Made by a program: the position numbers and the translations under genes. The notes beneath the pieces are model-generated. The model saw only the letters and a program-made list of their open reading frames with translations, had not been told where the DNA came from and searched no databases. Source: Chloroflexi bacterium RBG_16_51_16 (GTDB lineage: Bacteria; Chloroflexota; Anaerolineae; Anaerolineales; Villigracilaceae). Taken from it: a stretch of 25,828 nt of DNA. The first letter of the stretch is position 1. Every line of letters starts with the position of its first letter. This document shows positions 17,676 through 25,828 of this stretch, in pieces. The stretch spans positions 11,262 to 37,089 of the forward strand of contig MGNL01000172.1 of NCBI GenBank assembly GCA_001796785.1, read 5' to 3'.

Positions 17676-18161
17676 CTAATTCAGTATCGAGATCCAATCT
17701 AATTCTCGCATGGTCTTATGCAATCGGTGATCGTCGTTTACATCAATCAAGCTAAGATTCGTAAATAGCTTCCCAGCAATGATCCGAACGGGTTGCTTGG
17801 GCACCACGTTATCCAAATCACCATGGATCAGGATCGTTGTCACTCCAACCGGATTTCCTTGATAGGTATCTCCAAGAGGGGGAAGGAAAAGCGCTGGCGC
17901 CAGCAGGACTAACTTTCGCACCTGGTTTGAGTGTTCAAGTGTGAATAGTGCGCCCATCAGCCCGCCGAAAGAGGAACCGATGATCGTCCAATCTTCCTGT
18001 TCTCCCAGGATAGGCAGGAGCTGCGCCATCCGTTTATCTAATGAGCCTGTGAAATCAGGTATCAGCATCCCTGGAAATAATTTAGCAAATTCCCGGGCTT
18101 TCCCGCTCTGACTAGTGCTTTCCAACCCATGCAGGTAGATCAACCTGGAAGGGTTAATCAT
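17676..18161 (-). CDS. Alpha/beta hydrolase (YqiA/UPF0227-like esterase)
   Basis: 161-aa ORF with the LIYLHGLESTSQSGKA oxyanion region, the nucleophile elbow GSSFGG and a C-terminal His. It overlaps the upstream membrane-protein gene by 8 nt. Confidence 0.6.
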   Translation of the reverse strand: MINPSRLIYLHGLESTSQSGKAREFAKLFPGMLIPDFTGSLDKRMAQLLPILGEQEDWTIIGSSFGGLMGALFTLEHSNQVRKLVLLAPALFLPPLGDTYQGNPVGVTTILIHGDLDNVVPKQPVRIIAGKLFTNLSLIDVNDDHRLHKTMRELDWISILN

Positions 18162-18681
18162 CGGATTTCTGCGGCTGCTTTTCCCTTCTTAAAAGCGCTC
18201 CTTGAACCGATACACCTACAATGACTAGTATCAGAAGGAGCAGTCCACCTGCGACGCGCTCCAAATGGAGCGCTTCGATGAGCATCGACGCTCCCGCAAG
18301 CGATGAGATCGTGATCAGCGCCCAGTCGAAGAGGAATGCGACCAGCAGCACTCCGATCACCCCTCCAAGGGTAAAAACGATCAACGACAAAATGCCTTTA
18401 TCCAGGCTAAGCATGCCTGCAAACCCGAGTAAAATATAACCGCCGCCGAAGAAGCCGGCTGCACCGATTGCCAGGCTCTGGACGAAGACCGCCAGCATGG
18501 CGAACAGAATTCCCACACCAAGTCCGATCAGCACAACCAGTATTTCGGATTCGATGTGCAGGAACCTTGAGGTAAACAGAAGACCTGCCGTAAACCCGAT
18601 AATGCCCACCAGAAGCCAGTACAGCTTTCGACCGATGAAGAGCAGGGCGGCGCCTAACACCAGATTTATTAATTGAAGCAT
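18154..18681 (-). CDS. Small integral membrane protein (about 5 TM helices, Gly/Leu-rich; DUF4203-like)
   Basis: 175-aa ORF, almost entirely hydrophobic helices, with a basic C-terminus. It is adjacent to and coupled with its neighbours. Confidence 0.5.
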   Translation of the reverse strand: MLQLINLVLGAALLFIGRKLYWLLVGIIGFTAGLLFTSRFLHIESEILVVLIGLGVGILFAMLAVFVQSLAIGAAGFFGGGYILLGFAGMLSLDKGILSLIVFTLGGVIGVLLVAFLFDWALITISSLAGASMLIEALHLERVAGGLLLLILVIVGVSVQGALLRREKQPQKSDD

Positions 18682-19497
18682 TCAACTTCCTTTTTCCACG
18701 GATCGATAGCGAAGAAATTCACCCAGCTCAGATTGTAATTCAGCTGGGAATGCCGGGGCAATTCTCCGCAGGGTGATCACCGTCATCGGATCACTTGGTT
18801 GCGAGAGAATCTGCTTGAGCAAATAAGTTGTTTCATCCCGTGAATGTTTATATAAAGCAAGAATGAGATCCCGAATATCGAGCTGCCTGGAGCTGCCTCC
18901 GTTTTGAATCACCGGTTCAACCATATCAAGGATGAGAGGAATATTTTCGAAGCTCGCTTCCTCGATCATGGGGAGCAACGCCTGGATGCCGTTGGACCAG
19001 GTCTGCGGTCTGGCTGGGTGAAGCCATTCCCGAATGAGGACAAGGAATTGATCCGGCGATTCCTTGCGCATGCGGGTCATGCTGGTAGATAACAGTTCTG
19101 ATCTCACGTCCGGATCTTGAACCTGCTGCGACCACGCTGTCAAACGGGCAAGCAGTCGTTCTTCCTGAGGCGGCAGGCAACCAAGCAGGAAGGCAGCCAG
19201 AAGCGAGGTCTCCAGAGTGCCCACGTCCCATAGCCTGTCTGCCAGATCGAGTGCATATGCCGGATTATTTTCAGCCACCCCGCGCAATTCCTTCTGGATG
19301 TGCTGCAATACCACCGGCGGTGTGCGGTAAGTCCGCAGATTGGAGCCGGGAGCGATATCTGTTTTCTTCCGTAAGCTGTAGTTTACGTAAAAATCGAGGG
19401 TCTCCCTGAGATGCCGCATGAACTCATCAGGTAGAAAGAAAAAATCTGCAAGCCGGTTGGATTGTTTTCGGAGTCGGGCGAGATCGATCGCAACCAT
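18682..19497 (-). CDS. HEAT-repeat protein, putative DNA alkylation repair enzyme (AlkD/AlkC-like)
   Basis: 271-aa all-helical ORF. The segment LADRLWDVGTLETSLLAAFLLGCL resembles the AlkD repeat LANELWQSEYHEDRLAATYIIELY, and AWSQQ is similar to AlkD EWSNS. The assignment is tentative. Confidence 0.4.
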   Translation of the reverse strand: MVAIDLARLRKQSNRLADFFFLPDEFMRHLRETLDFYVNYSLRKKTDIAPGSNLRTYRTPPVVLQHIQKELRGVAENNPAYALDLADRLWDVGTLETSLLAAFLLGCLPPQEERLLARLTAWSQQVQDPDVRSELLSTSMTRMRKESPDQFLVLIREWLHPARPQTWSNGIQALLPMIEEASFENIPLILDMVEPVIQNGGSSRQLDIRDLILALYKHSRDETTYLLKQILSQPSDPMTVITLRRIAPAFPAELQSELGEFLRYRSVEKGS

Positions 19498-19602
19498 TAT
19501 AGTTCCAACAACAGTGATTCGATACGCGGTTTATCTTCTTAGATATTAAGGTAATTTATGGAAGACCGCTTTTGTTTGATTTCAAGAGAGGCGGATTCGG
19601 CG

Positions 19603-21045
19603 TCAATAAGCCCGGGCAAAATATACTTTTTTCTCGGCTTTGTTACCACAAACTACGCACTTGCCAGCAACCTTGGGTTGGCCTTCCAGTGGGATGCATC
19701 GTGTCGTTGCCTTCGTTTCTTCCTTGACTTTTGTTTCACAGGTAGTCGATCCGCACCAATAAGCGAAGGCCCATCCATCTTGGACGATATTTTTCAAATC
19801 ATCGTAGGAAGCCGGTTCATGGATGTGTTCATCCCGAAAGGCTGTGGCACGCGCCAGGAGTGCATCCTGAATCTCCAACAGGAACGGATGCATTTTAGCA
19901 GCCACTTCAGCCTTCGTGAATGATGACTTGCCGCTTTTACCAGGAACATCCCGACGAGCAACCGTAACACTTTGTTGCTCGACATCCTTAGGGCCTATTT
20001 CAATGCGAACGGGCACGCCGCGAAGTTCCCAGTAATTATATTTAAATCCGGGGGTAACTTCCTCACGGTCATCCAATTTAACTCGAATTCCTGAATCCTT
20101 TAAATCCTTAAACACCGAGTTTGTGGATTCCAGCACGCTGCTTTTCTCAGTATCATTCTTGTAGATCGGAACGATAACTACTTGCAAAGGCGCGATTTTC
20201 GGGGGCAGTATCAATCCTTGATCATCGCCGTGCGTCATGATCACTGCACCGACCATCCTGCTGGAGAGACCCCACGAGGTTGTCCAGCAATACTGGAGCG
20301 TGTTGGATGGATCCAGGTATTGGATCTCAAAGGCTTTGGCAAAATTCTGGCCGAAGAAGTGTGACGTGCCAGACTGCAGGGCACGCGTGTCCTGCATCAT
20401 TGCCTCAATGGATGTGGATTGGACAGCGCCGGCAAATTTTTCGGTCTCGGATTTTTCACCTTTGATGACCGGGATGGCTGCATCATTGATCGCGAAATCG
20501 GCATAAACATCAAGCATCCGCAGGGTTTCCTCGCGGGCTTCCTGCTCAGTACTGTGCGCAGTGTGACCCTCCTGCCAGTAGAATTCGGCTGTGCGGATGA
20601 ATAGCTTTGTCCGGATCTCCCAGCGCAGTACGCTGCCCCACTGATTGATAAGCACTGGCAGATCCCGATAGGATTTAATCCATCGGGCATACATGTAGCC
20701 GATGATCGTCTCCGAGGTTGGTCGGACAACAAGAGGCTCTTCGAGTTTTTCCCCTCCGCCATGGGTCACAACTGCGAGCTGGGGAGAGAAGCCTTCCACA
20801 TGCTCTTTTTCCTTCTCAAAAAATGAAAGGGGTATCAGCATCGGGAACGCCGCGTTGGTATGCCCCGTCTCCTTGAATCGGCGGTCGAGTCCTCCGGTCA
20901 TGTTTTCCCACAAAGTCCATCCATAGGGTCGGACGACCATACAACCACGTACCGGTGCATAATCTGCCAGCTCGGATTTAACGACAAGTTGGTTGTACCA
21001 CTCGGAAAAATTCTCCTTGCGTGTAGGTAATTTATCTTCGGTCAT
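19603..21045 (-). CDS. proS: Prolyl-tRNA synthetase, archaeal/eukaryotic-type (class II aaRS with C-terminal zinc-binding domain)
   Basis: 480-aa ORF. The N-terminus FSEWYNQLVVKSELADYAPVRGCMVVRPYGWTLWE, class II motifs, the C-terminal ...CVVCGNKAEKKVYFARAY, and a length under 500 aa are all typical of archaeal-type ProRS. A GGAG Shine-Dalgarno lies 5 nt upstream. Confidence 0.9.
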   Translation of the reverse strand: MTEDKLPTRKENFSEWYNQLVVKSELADYAPVRGCMVVRPYGWTLWENMTGGLDRRFKETGHTNAAFPMLIPLSFFEKEKEHVEGFSPQLAVVTHGGGEKLEEPLVVRPTSETIIGYMYARWIKSYRDLPVLINQWGSVLRWEIRTKLFIRTAEFYWQEGHTAHSTEQEAREETLRMLDVYADFAINDAAIPVIKGEKSETEKFAGAVQSTSIEAMMQDTRALQSGTSHFFGQNFAKAFEIQYLDPSNTLQYCWTTSWGLSSRMVGAVIMTHGDDQGLILPPKIAPLQVVIVPIYKNDTEKSSVLESTNSVFKDLKDSGIRVKLDDREEVTPGFKYNYWELRGVPVRIEIGPKDVEQQSVTVARRDVPGKSGKSSFTKAEVAAKMHPFLLEIQDALLARATAFRDEHIHEPASYDDLKNIVQDGWAFAYWCGSTTCETKVKEETKATTRCIPLEGQPKVAGKCVVCGNKAEKKVYFARAY

Positions 21046-21111
21046 CGAAGCTCCATCATATTGGTGTGGACTGCTACAGGTGTTTTTCTAATCGGTGTGA
21101 TCGGTCATCCA

Positions 21112-21648
21112 TCAATCAATTTCATCCAGTTTATTAAGGGCGGAAGTTACATCCGGCGCAAAGACCAAAAGCTCACGTTGATTATTTGAAACATACGATT
21201 CCATGGAAGTGAAAAGTTGGTCGAACACCTTTTCCCATCCATTTCCAATCAATATCAACGGTCGGACGGGGAGGGACTGGATAATCATCAAGTTCCAGGT
21301 CAATGCGATTTCTGTCAGCGTGCCGGGTCCGCCAGGCAGGGCAAAAGCAGCATCGCAATTCTCAATCAATGCTTGCAATCGTTCGAAGAGTGTTTGTTTT
21401 CTCCATTCCTCTTGCACCCACTTGTTTCGGCTCACTGGCCGCCAACGCTCAAGATCTTCACAGGTGACACCAATCACTTGCCCGCCTGCCTCTGCTGCTC
21501 CGCGGGATACGGCTTCCATTGTACCGATATAACCACCAGTCAACACCGTATGCCCTCGCTGTGCAAGGATTTTACCGAGCTCCTTTGCCTCCAGATAACT
21601 CTGATCTCCAGATTTGGGCTGCGAGCCGCCAAATACAGATATTTTCAT
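21112..21648 (-). CDS. LOG family protein (TIGR00730 Rossmann-fold; cytokinin riboside 5'-monophosphate phosphoribohydrolase-like)
   Basis: 178-aa ORF with the LOG signature motifs TGGYIGTMEAV (GGGxGxMG-like) and LPGGPGTLTEI (PGGxGTxxE). Confidence 0.8.
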   Translation of the reverse strand: MKISVFGGSQPKSGDQSYLEAKELGKILAQRGHTVLTGGYIGTMEAVSRGAAEAGGQVIGVTCEDLERWRPVSRNKWVQEEWRKQTLFERLQALIENCDAAFALPGGPGTLTEIALTWNLMIIQSLPVRPLILIGNGWEKVFDQLFTSMESYVSNNQRELLVFAPDVTSALNKLDEID

Positions 21649-21690
21649 CTAAATTCTAGTACTCCCATTTAATCTCATGCCATGAGTTGG

Positions 21691-21729
21691 ACACTCGATC
21701 TAAGCAAACAAAAACGGCTCACCGGGTCT
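21691..21729 (-). terminator. Terminator-like hairpin on the minus strand, inside the putative 5' leader of LOG-proS (attenuator, riboswitch expression platform or sRNA terminator)
   Basis: Minus-strand AACGGCTC-ccagacccggt-GAGCCGTT (8-bp perfect stem) followed by TTTTGTTTGCTT. It lies about 45-80 nt upstream of the LOG start codon. A TATAAT hexamer on the minus strand (complement of 21814-21819) lies about 85 nt upstream of the hairpin. Confidence 0.4.
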
Positions 21730-21863
21730 GGGAGCCGTTCGAGGCGAGGTGAAGAGAACCTATCCAGACCAGGCAGATTTAATCAGTCGCGGGGAAGACA
21801 GCGGGTTCAATTGCATGGGCGGTATTATACCTGAAATGAAACTTCATGGATTAGAATAAAAAA

Positions 21864-23165
21864 ATGGCCTTTGAACCTTTGAAGCTCGAAGTTGATCGAT
21901 GGCTATCTCCTCATCAGAACGAAATAATTAGCCGGGTTACTCAAAAAACACAAAGCCTCGGGATGCCTCTGTTTCTTGTTGGCGGGATTGTACGAGATCT
22001 ATTACTCGGAATCAATAGCAAGGACCTGGATCTCGTTGTTGAAGGGGATGCCATCCTGCTGGCTCGGTCACTGGCGCAAGATTACGGGGGAAAAGTGACC
22101 GCCCATACCCGCTTTCGAACGGCGACGATTGATATAAGGGATTGGAAGTTTGGTACCAACAACATGGGCGTTGAGAAACCTCCACGTCAAATAAAAACGA
22201 TTGACTTGATTTCCGCCAGAAAGGAATCCTATCCCTCGCCGGCAAGTTTACCCAAGGTGAACGCAGGCACCATTCTGGATGACCTGCAGAGGCGTGATTT
22301 CTCGATCAATGCGATGGCGATCAGACTGGATGGTGCACAACGTGGTTCACTGCTGGACCCATTGGGAGGTCAAGCGGATCTAAGCAAGCGGTTCATCCGG
22401 GTTCTGCATGCGATTTCATTTGTTGATGATCCCACCCGGATATTTAGAGCCTTTCGTTACGAGCAGAGATTCAATTATTCTCTCGCAGACGAGAGCCTCA
22501 AGCTGATCCCTGCAGGGCGAAAATATATTGCCATCCTGACACCCGAACGCATTCGCCACGAATTGGATCTGATCCTCGAAGAGCCCACAGCCTCTGCCAT
22601 TCTTGCCCGATTAGCTGAGAATCATTTACTCAGTCCCGTGCACGCCTCTCTCCGTTGGAACAAATCTATCTCTGAGCGCTTTGAATTTGAAGGTACAGAC
22701 GATCTCATGATACTGTCCGATTTTTCTTTATCCAGGATTCGCTGGGTACTTTGGATGCTCACAGCGACTCATGCGGAGCTCACCAGTCTGAACACCCGGC
22801 TGCATTTCGATGCTTCTCTTTATCGAACAATGATCACTGCATCGAATCTGTGGAAAAAGATCAGAGTACCCAAAAGATTAAAACCCAGCCAGTGGTTTGA
22901 GATATTGGAAAAAATACCTGACCTGGCTGTGCTGGCAGTTTATTTGGCTGATAAAAATAAGGTCACCAGGAAGGCAATACACAATTTTCTGGTCAGCTGG
23001 AGATACATCAAACCGCATACAACCGGTCATAAATTGAAAGACCTAGGTATTAAACCGGGAAAAAAGTACTCGCTCCTTCTTAAAAGACTCCGATCAGCCT
23101 GGTTGGATGGTGAAATCTCAAGCCCAACCCAGGAACGACAATTGCTGGAGAAGTTGATCAAATGA
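21864..23165 (+). CDS. cca: CCA-adding tRNA nucleotidyltransferase (poly(A) polymerase/CCA family, HD-less bacterial type)
   Basis: 433-aa ORF. The N-terminal nucleotidyltransferase motif is LFLVGGIVRDLLLGINSKDLDLVVEGDA (GGxVRD...DxD), and RRDFSINAMA is present. Length is typical. Confidence 0.85.
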   Translation: MAFEPLKLEVDRWLSPHQNEIISRVTQKTQSLGMPLFLVGGIVRDLLLGINSKDLDLVVEGDAILLARSLAQDYGGKVTAHTRFRTATIDIRDWKFGTNNMGVEKPPRQIKTIDLISARKESYPSPASLPKVNAGTILDDLQRRDFSINAMAIRLDGAQRGSLLDPLGGQADLSKRFIRVLHAISFVDDPTRIFRAFRYEQRFNYSLADESLKLIPAGRKYIAILTPERIRHELDLILEEPTASAILARLAENHLLSPVHASLRWNKSISERFEFEGTDDLMILSDFSLSRIRWVLWMLTATHAELTSLNTRLHFDASLYRTMITASNLWKKIRVPKRLKPSQWFEILEKIPDLAVLAVYLADKNKVTRKAIHNFLVSWRYIKPHTTGHKLKDLGIKPGKKYSLLLKRLRSAWLDGEISSPTQERQLLEKLIK

Positions 23166-23926
23166 ACCTGGCAGAGTATTTAGATTTTACAACTCAAATT
23201 GCGTACGAGGCAGGCAGGATCACCCTGGGATATTTCGATACTGGTCTGCAGGCTGACTATAAGCAGGATCAAACACCTGTTACTGCTGCCGACCGTGCAG
23301 CGGAGGAATTCATTCGCAGTCAGATCGAAAAAACTTACCCAAGGGATGCAATTGTCGGTGAGGAATTTGGTGAAAGCTCGCATCCTGGTAACCCGAATCG
23401 TTGGATCATCGATCCCATCGACGGAACAAAGTCGTTCGTGCGCGGTGTGCCTTTGTACGCCGTTTTGATCGGCCTTGAAATTGAAAGTCGGATCAAGGTT
23501 GGCTCGGTGTATTTTCCTGCGTTAGACATGATGCTCAGCGCAGCCGAGGGGACCGGAGCCTGGTGTAATGGTCGCAGGGTGCATGTATCACAGGTGGATC
23601 GGCTTGACCAGGCTTGTATTTGTTATACAAGTGTTCAGCACCTGATCGATCGAAATCCTGGAATTTGGAACCAACTTTCGCGGTCGGTATACATGACCCG
23701 CGGCTGGTCAGACGCTTATGGTTTTTTCGCTGTTGCTACCGGGAGGGCGGAAGCGTGTTTGGATCCCGAAATGAAAATCTGGGATTGTGGTCCATTCCCG
23801 GTAATTCTCAGGGAGGCTGGAGGTTTTTTTGGGAGTTGGAAAGGCGCTGAAGGACACATGTATGGAGAAGCATTGGCATGCAGCCAGCTGCTTAAACAGA
23901 AGCTTATCGATCTACTGCGTGAGTAG
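23162..23926 (+). CDS. Inositol monophosphatase family phosphatase (IMPase/HisN-like histidinol-phosphatase)
   Basis: 254-aa ORF with IMPase motifs: EEFGES..., WIIDPIDGTKSFVRGVP (DPIDGT) and WDCGP. It overlaps the cca stop by 4 nt. Confidence 0.8.
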   Translation: MNLAEYLDFTTQIAYEAGRITLGYFDTGLQADYKQDQTPVTAADRAAEEFIRSQIEKTYPRDAIVGEEFGESSHPGNPNRWIIDPIDGTKSFVRGVPLYAVLIGLEIESRIKVGSVYFPALDMMLSAAEGTGAWCNGRRVHVSQVDRLDQACICYTSVQHLIDRNPGIWNQLSRSVYMTRGWSDAYGFFAVATGRAEACLDPEMKIWDCGPFPVILREAGGFFGSWKGAEGHMYGEALACSQLLKQKLIDLLRE

Positions 23927-23947
23927 ATTTACGACGGATATCTTGAT

Positions 23948-24853
23948 CTAAAAATAATGACGGGACAATTCAGAAGCGTAATTTCTGCCAACTTTGTCTC
24001 TATTTAATTGAAGCCAGTCAACAAGACGGCTATTGCACCGGGGAGGCGCGTTTGAGACCAATAGGTTTGCCATTAACCCCAGTACTTCTTCACGCGTCAG
24101 CACAACGTCACCGACAAACAAGCCGATGAGGCGTGCACCCGATAACGCCATCCATGATGGACAGGAGACGAGAGGCCTTTCTATACCGATGGTTGTCCCG
24201 ATCAATTCCACCATTTCCCGGAAGGAAAAAATGTCAGGTCCAACGGCATCCAGGATTTGATTGTCGAATTTTCCACAAGCCTCAACTACCAATTGGGCCA
24301 GGTCATCGACATAGACAGGTTGAAGTCGAGAAGAGCCATCGCCAGGGATCAGCATGAGGGGAAACCGGCGTAGGATCCACGCGATATTATTTATTAAGAT
24401 ATCTTCCTTACCGAAAAGAACGGTTGGTCGCAGGATGGTATAGCTCATGCCAGAACCCATCACCGTCCTTTCATTGGCAGCCTTGCCGGAAAAATAAGGG
24501 AGAGGTGAATCCAGGGATGGGTTGGTTATGCTGATATGAATGACCTTCTTCACACCGGCTTGCACCGCCGAATCGATCAAAATTCGTGTATTTTCCACCG
24601 CACGCGACTGGGTGTTTTGTCCCTTATCAAAACGAACCCAATAGGTATTGATCAGGATCACAGCCGATTGCAGGCTTTCGGTTATTGAATCCCGCGCATT
24701 GAAATTAAGCGGGCGTACCTCGACTTTGCTGCCGAAGGGATCTCCACGTTCGGGATGATTCGTTAGAGTGATAACTTCATACCCTTGTGCAAGCAAACGG
24801 TGGGTGATGTACTTTCCGGAGTAGGAGAACGCGCCTGTGACCGCAATTTTCAT
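23948..24853 (-). CDS. NAD(P)-binding Rossmann protein, NDUFA9-like/NmrA-like epimerase-dehydratase family
   Basis: 301-aa ORF. The N-terminus MKIAVTGAFSYSGKYITHRLLAQGYEV is a GxxGxxG Rossmann motif, and YTILRPTVLFGKED resembles NDUFA9-like proteins. Its ATG overlaps the stop of the upstream ORF (TAATG). Confidence 0.7.
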   Translation of the reverse strand: MKIAVTGAFSYSGKYITHRLLAQGYEVITLTNHPERGDPFGSKVEVRPLNFNARDSITESLQSAVILINTYWVRFDKGQNTQSRAVENTRILIDSAVQAGVKKVIHISITNPSLDSPLPYFSGKAANERTVMGSGMSYTILRPTVLFGKEDILINNIAWILRRFPLMLIPGDGSSRLQPVYVDDLAQLVVEACGKFDNQILDAVGPDIFSFREMVELIGTTIGIERPLVSCPSWMALSGARLIGLFVGDVVLTREEVLGLMANLLVSNAPPRCNSRLVDWLQLNRDKVGRNYASELSRHYF

Positions 24854-25431
24854 TAAGGTTTTTCCGAAAACAATCGGTACAGCTCCGCCCCTTTAAGCCT
24901 ATTTGCTTCCGTCTGATACTTATCCAGGGGAACCCTGACGATAACGAACTCATCATCGTTCTGAGTGAACTTGAATTCGCAAAATCCTTCCTGGGGACCC
25001 ATCAGTTTGTCACGCGGGATTTTTTCCAATTCCGGCATGATCCTGGATATCCAATCTCCCAGTTCATCCTCATCAGACAAATCATCAACCATCAAAGTCA
25101 CATAAAAATCCGTTTCAAGAGCGTGGAATTCGGACTTGCCGTTTGAATAAACGCAATCTTCACCGAACGCCTGTGCCCTGGCATTTGCGTCCAATTGATA
25201 TGCTTGTACCTTTTTTTGAAAAAGCTTGGACAGGTCCGGCAGGTCTTTGTATGCCCAAACGAAACCACAAACATCCTCTGTCGCGGTGGAGGGTGGATTA
25301 ACTAATGGAGTGAAGGTTGCCGATGGAATTTGAGTTCGGATGTAATCCGGGATCACGCTGCATTCCTGGATCACAAACCCCGTCAGGAAAATGATCCAAG
25401 GGATGAATCGGGGTATCCAATTCTGTTTCAT
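24853..25431 (-). CDS. Hypothetical exported/membrane-anchored protein
   Basis: 192-aa ORF with an N-terminal hydrophobic helix (IPRFIPWIIFLTGFVI) and an acidic C-terminal half. It is coupled to both neighbours (ATGA overlap with the upstream M20 gene). No recognisable family. Confidence 0.45.
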   Translation of the reverse strand: MKQNWIPRFIPWIIFLTGFVIQECSVIPDYIRTQIPSATFTPLVNPPSTATEDVCGFVWAYKDLPDLSKLFQKKVQAYQLDANARAQAFGEDCVYSNGKSEFHALETDFYVTLMVDDLSDEDELGDWISRIMPELEKIPRDKLMGPQEGFCEFKFTQNDDEFVIVRVPLDKYQTEANRLKGAELYRLFSEKP

Positions 25432-25828
25432 TTCAACAGGTCGAAAGCTGCAGCGGTCATCAGAGCAACACCATTGGATAGAGCTTGTTCGTCGAAATCA
25501 AATTTGGGATGGTGATGCCCATAATCCAGGCCGCGTTCCTTGTTCGCAGATCCTACGAAAATGAAGCAGCCTGGGATCATTTCATGCATGAAAGCCATGT
25601 CCTCAGCGCCCATGGTTATATATGCCTGTGTATCCAGTTCCAATCCAGGGAGCAATCGAGCGGCAGTATGCTGGACCTTCTCGGTGATCCGATCGTAATT
25701 GATAAGTGCAGGTGTTAACTTATGCAAAATGAGTTCGGATTGGCATGCCATGGCATGGGAAACATTCTTGACGATTTCCTCGAAGCGCTTTAAGACTTTC
25801 TCCCTCACCAATGGATTAAAAGTGCGGA
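25428..25828 (-). CDS. M20D family amidohydrolase (N-acyl-L-amino acid amidohydrolase / hippurate hydrolase-like), C-terminal part; 5' end lies beyond the window edge
   Basis: The C-terminal region ...MGAEDMAFMHEMIPGCFIFVGSANKERGLDYGHHHPKFDFDEQALSNGVALMTAAAF matches the M20D C-terminus (GxEDFxxxxxxxPGxxxxxG...HxPxFDxDE). The ORF runs off the window end. Confidence 0.7.
   Translation of the reverse strand, partial: RTFNPLVREKVLKRFEEIVKNVSHAMACQSELILHKLTPALINYDRITEKVQHTAARLLPGLELDTQAYITMGAEDMAFMHEMIPGCFIFVGSANKERGLDYGHHHPKFDFDEQALSNGVALMTAAAFDLLK

Noticed and set aside
21649-21863. Canonical T-box riboswitch upstream of LOG-proS
   Set aside because: The T-box consensus AATTAGGGTGGNACCGCG is not present; there is only a partial GGTGAGCCG resemblance. 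The apparent leader of about 150 nt is too short for a standard Stem I plus antiterminator. I keep it only as a generic attenuator or sRNA candidate.
1-25828. CRISPR arrays, insertion sequences or transposases, restriction-modification genes, toxin-antitoxin pairs
   Set aside because: I scanned for regularly spaced direct repeats and for transposase-, integrase-, methyltransferase- or small-toxin-like ORFs. None were found. The repeats seen are isolated hairpins or palindromes that are better explained as terminators or operators.

Overview
This 25.8 kb window is a gene-dense bacterial chromosomal segment, roughly 50-55% GC by eye. The gene content resembles Chloroflexi or Anaerolineae (archaeal-type ProRS, tungsten AOR), but I cannot verify taxonomy. 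It is mostly housekeeping and metabolic genes in tightly packed, translationally coupled operons. There is no CRISPR array, transposase, integrase or rRNA.

Genes in coordinate order (strand in brackets):
- (-) A DinG-family helicase with an N-terminal DnaQ-like 3'-5' exonuclease domain and retained Fe-S cysteines.
- (-) An operon of plsX, a NERD-domain membrane protein, and two tandem paralogous 475-aa polytopic membrane proteins.
- (+) tRNA-Leu(GAG) with a near-consensus sigma70 promoter and an intrinsic terminator.
- (-) An operon of a lipoprotein substrate-binding protein, a permease and an ATPase of a polar amino acid ABC transporter, ending in a dimethylarginine dimethylaminohydrolase (DDAH).
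- (+) An SCP2 lipid-carrier protein followed by tungsten-type aldehyde:ferredoxin oxidoreductase.
- (+) The bifunctional NAD(P)HX repair enzyme Nnr.
- (-) An SPFH/Band-7 protein with a C-terminal excisionase-like HTH.
- (-) A DUF1684 protein.
- (-) An AlkD-like HEAT-repeat protein, a small membrane protein and an alpha/beta esterase.
- (-) A LOG-family protein followed by archaeal-type prolyl-tRNA synthetase.
- (+) CCA tRNA nucleotidyltransferase and an inositol-monophosphatase-family phosphatase.
- (-) A 3'-terminal operon of an M20D amidohydrolase (truncated by the window edge), a small secreted protein and an NDUFA9-like NAD-binding protein.

The most unusual locus is plsX-NERD-paralogA/B beside the exo-DinG gene. 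This pairs a predicted membrane-anchored nuclease with duplicated uncharacterised membrane proteins in a lipid-synthesis context. Other notable items are the transporter-DDAH methylarginine catabolic module, the SPFH-HTH fusion, and a terminator-like hairpin in the leader upstream of LOG-proS.
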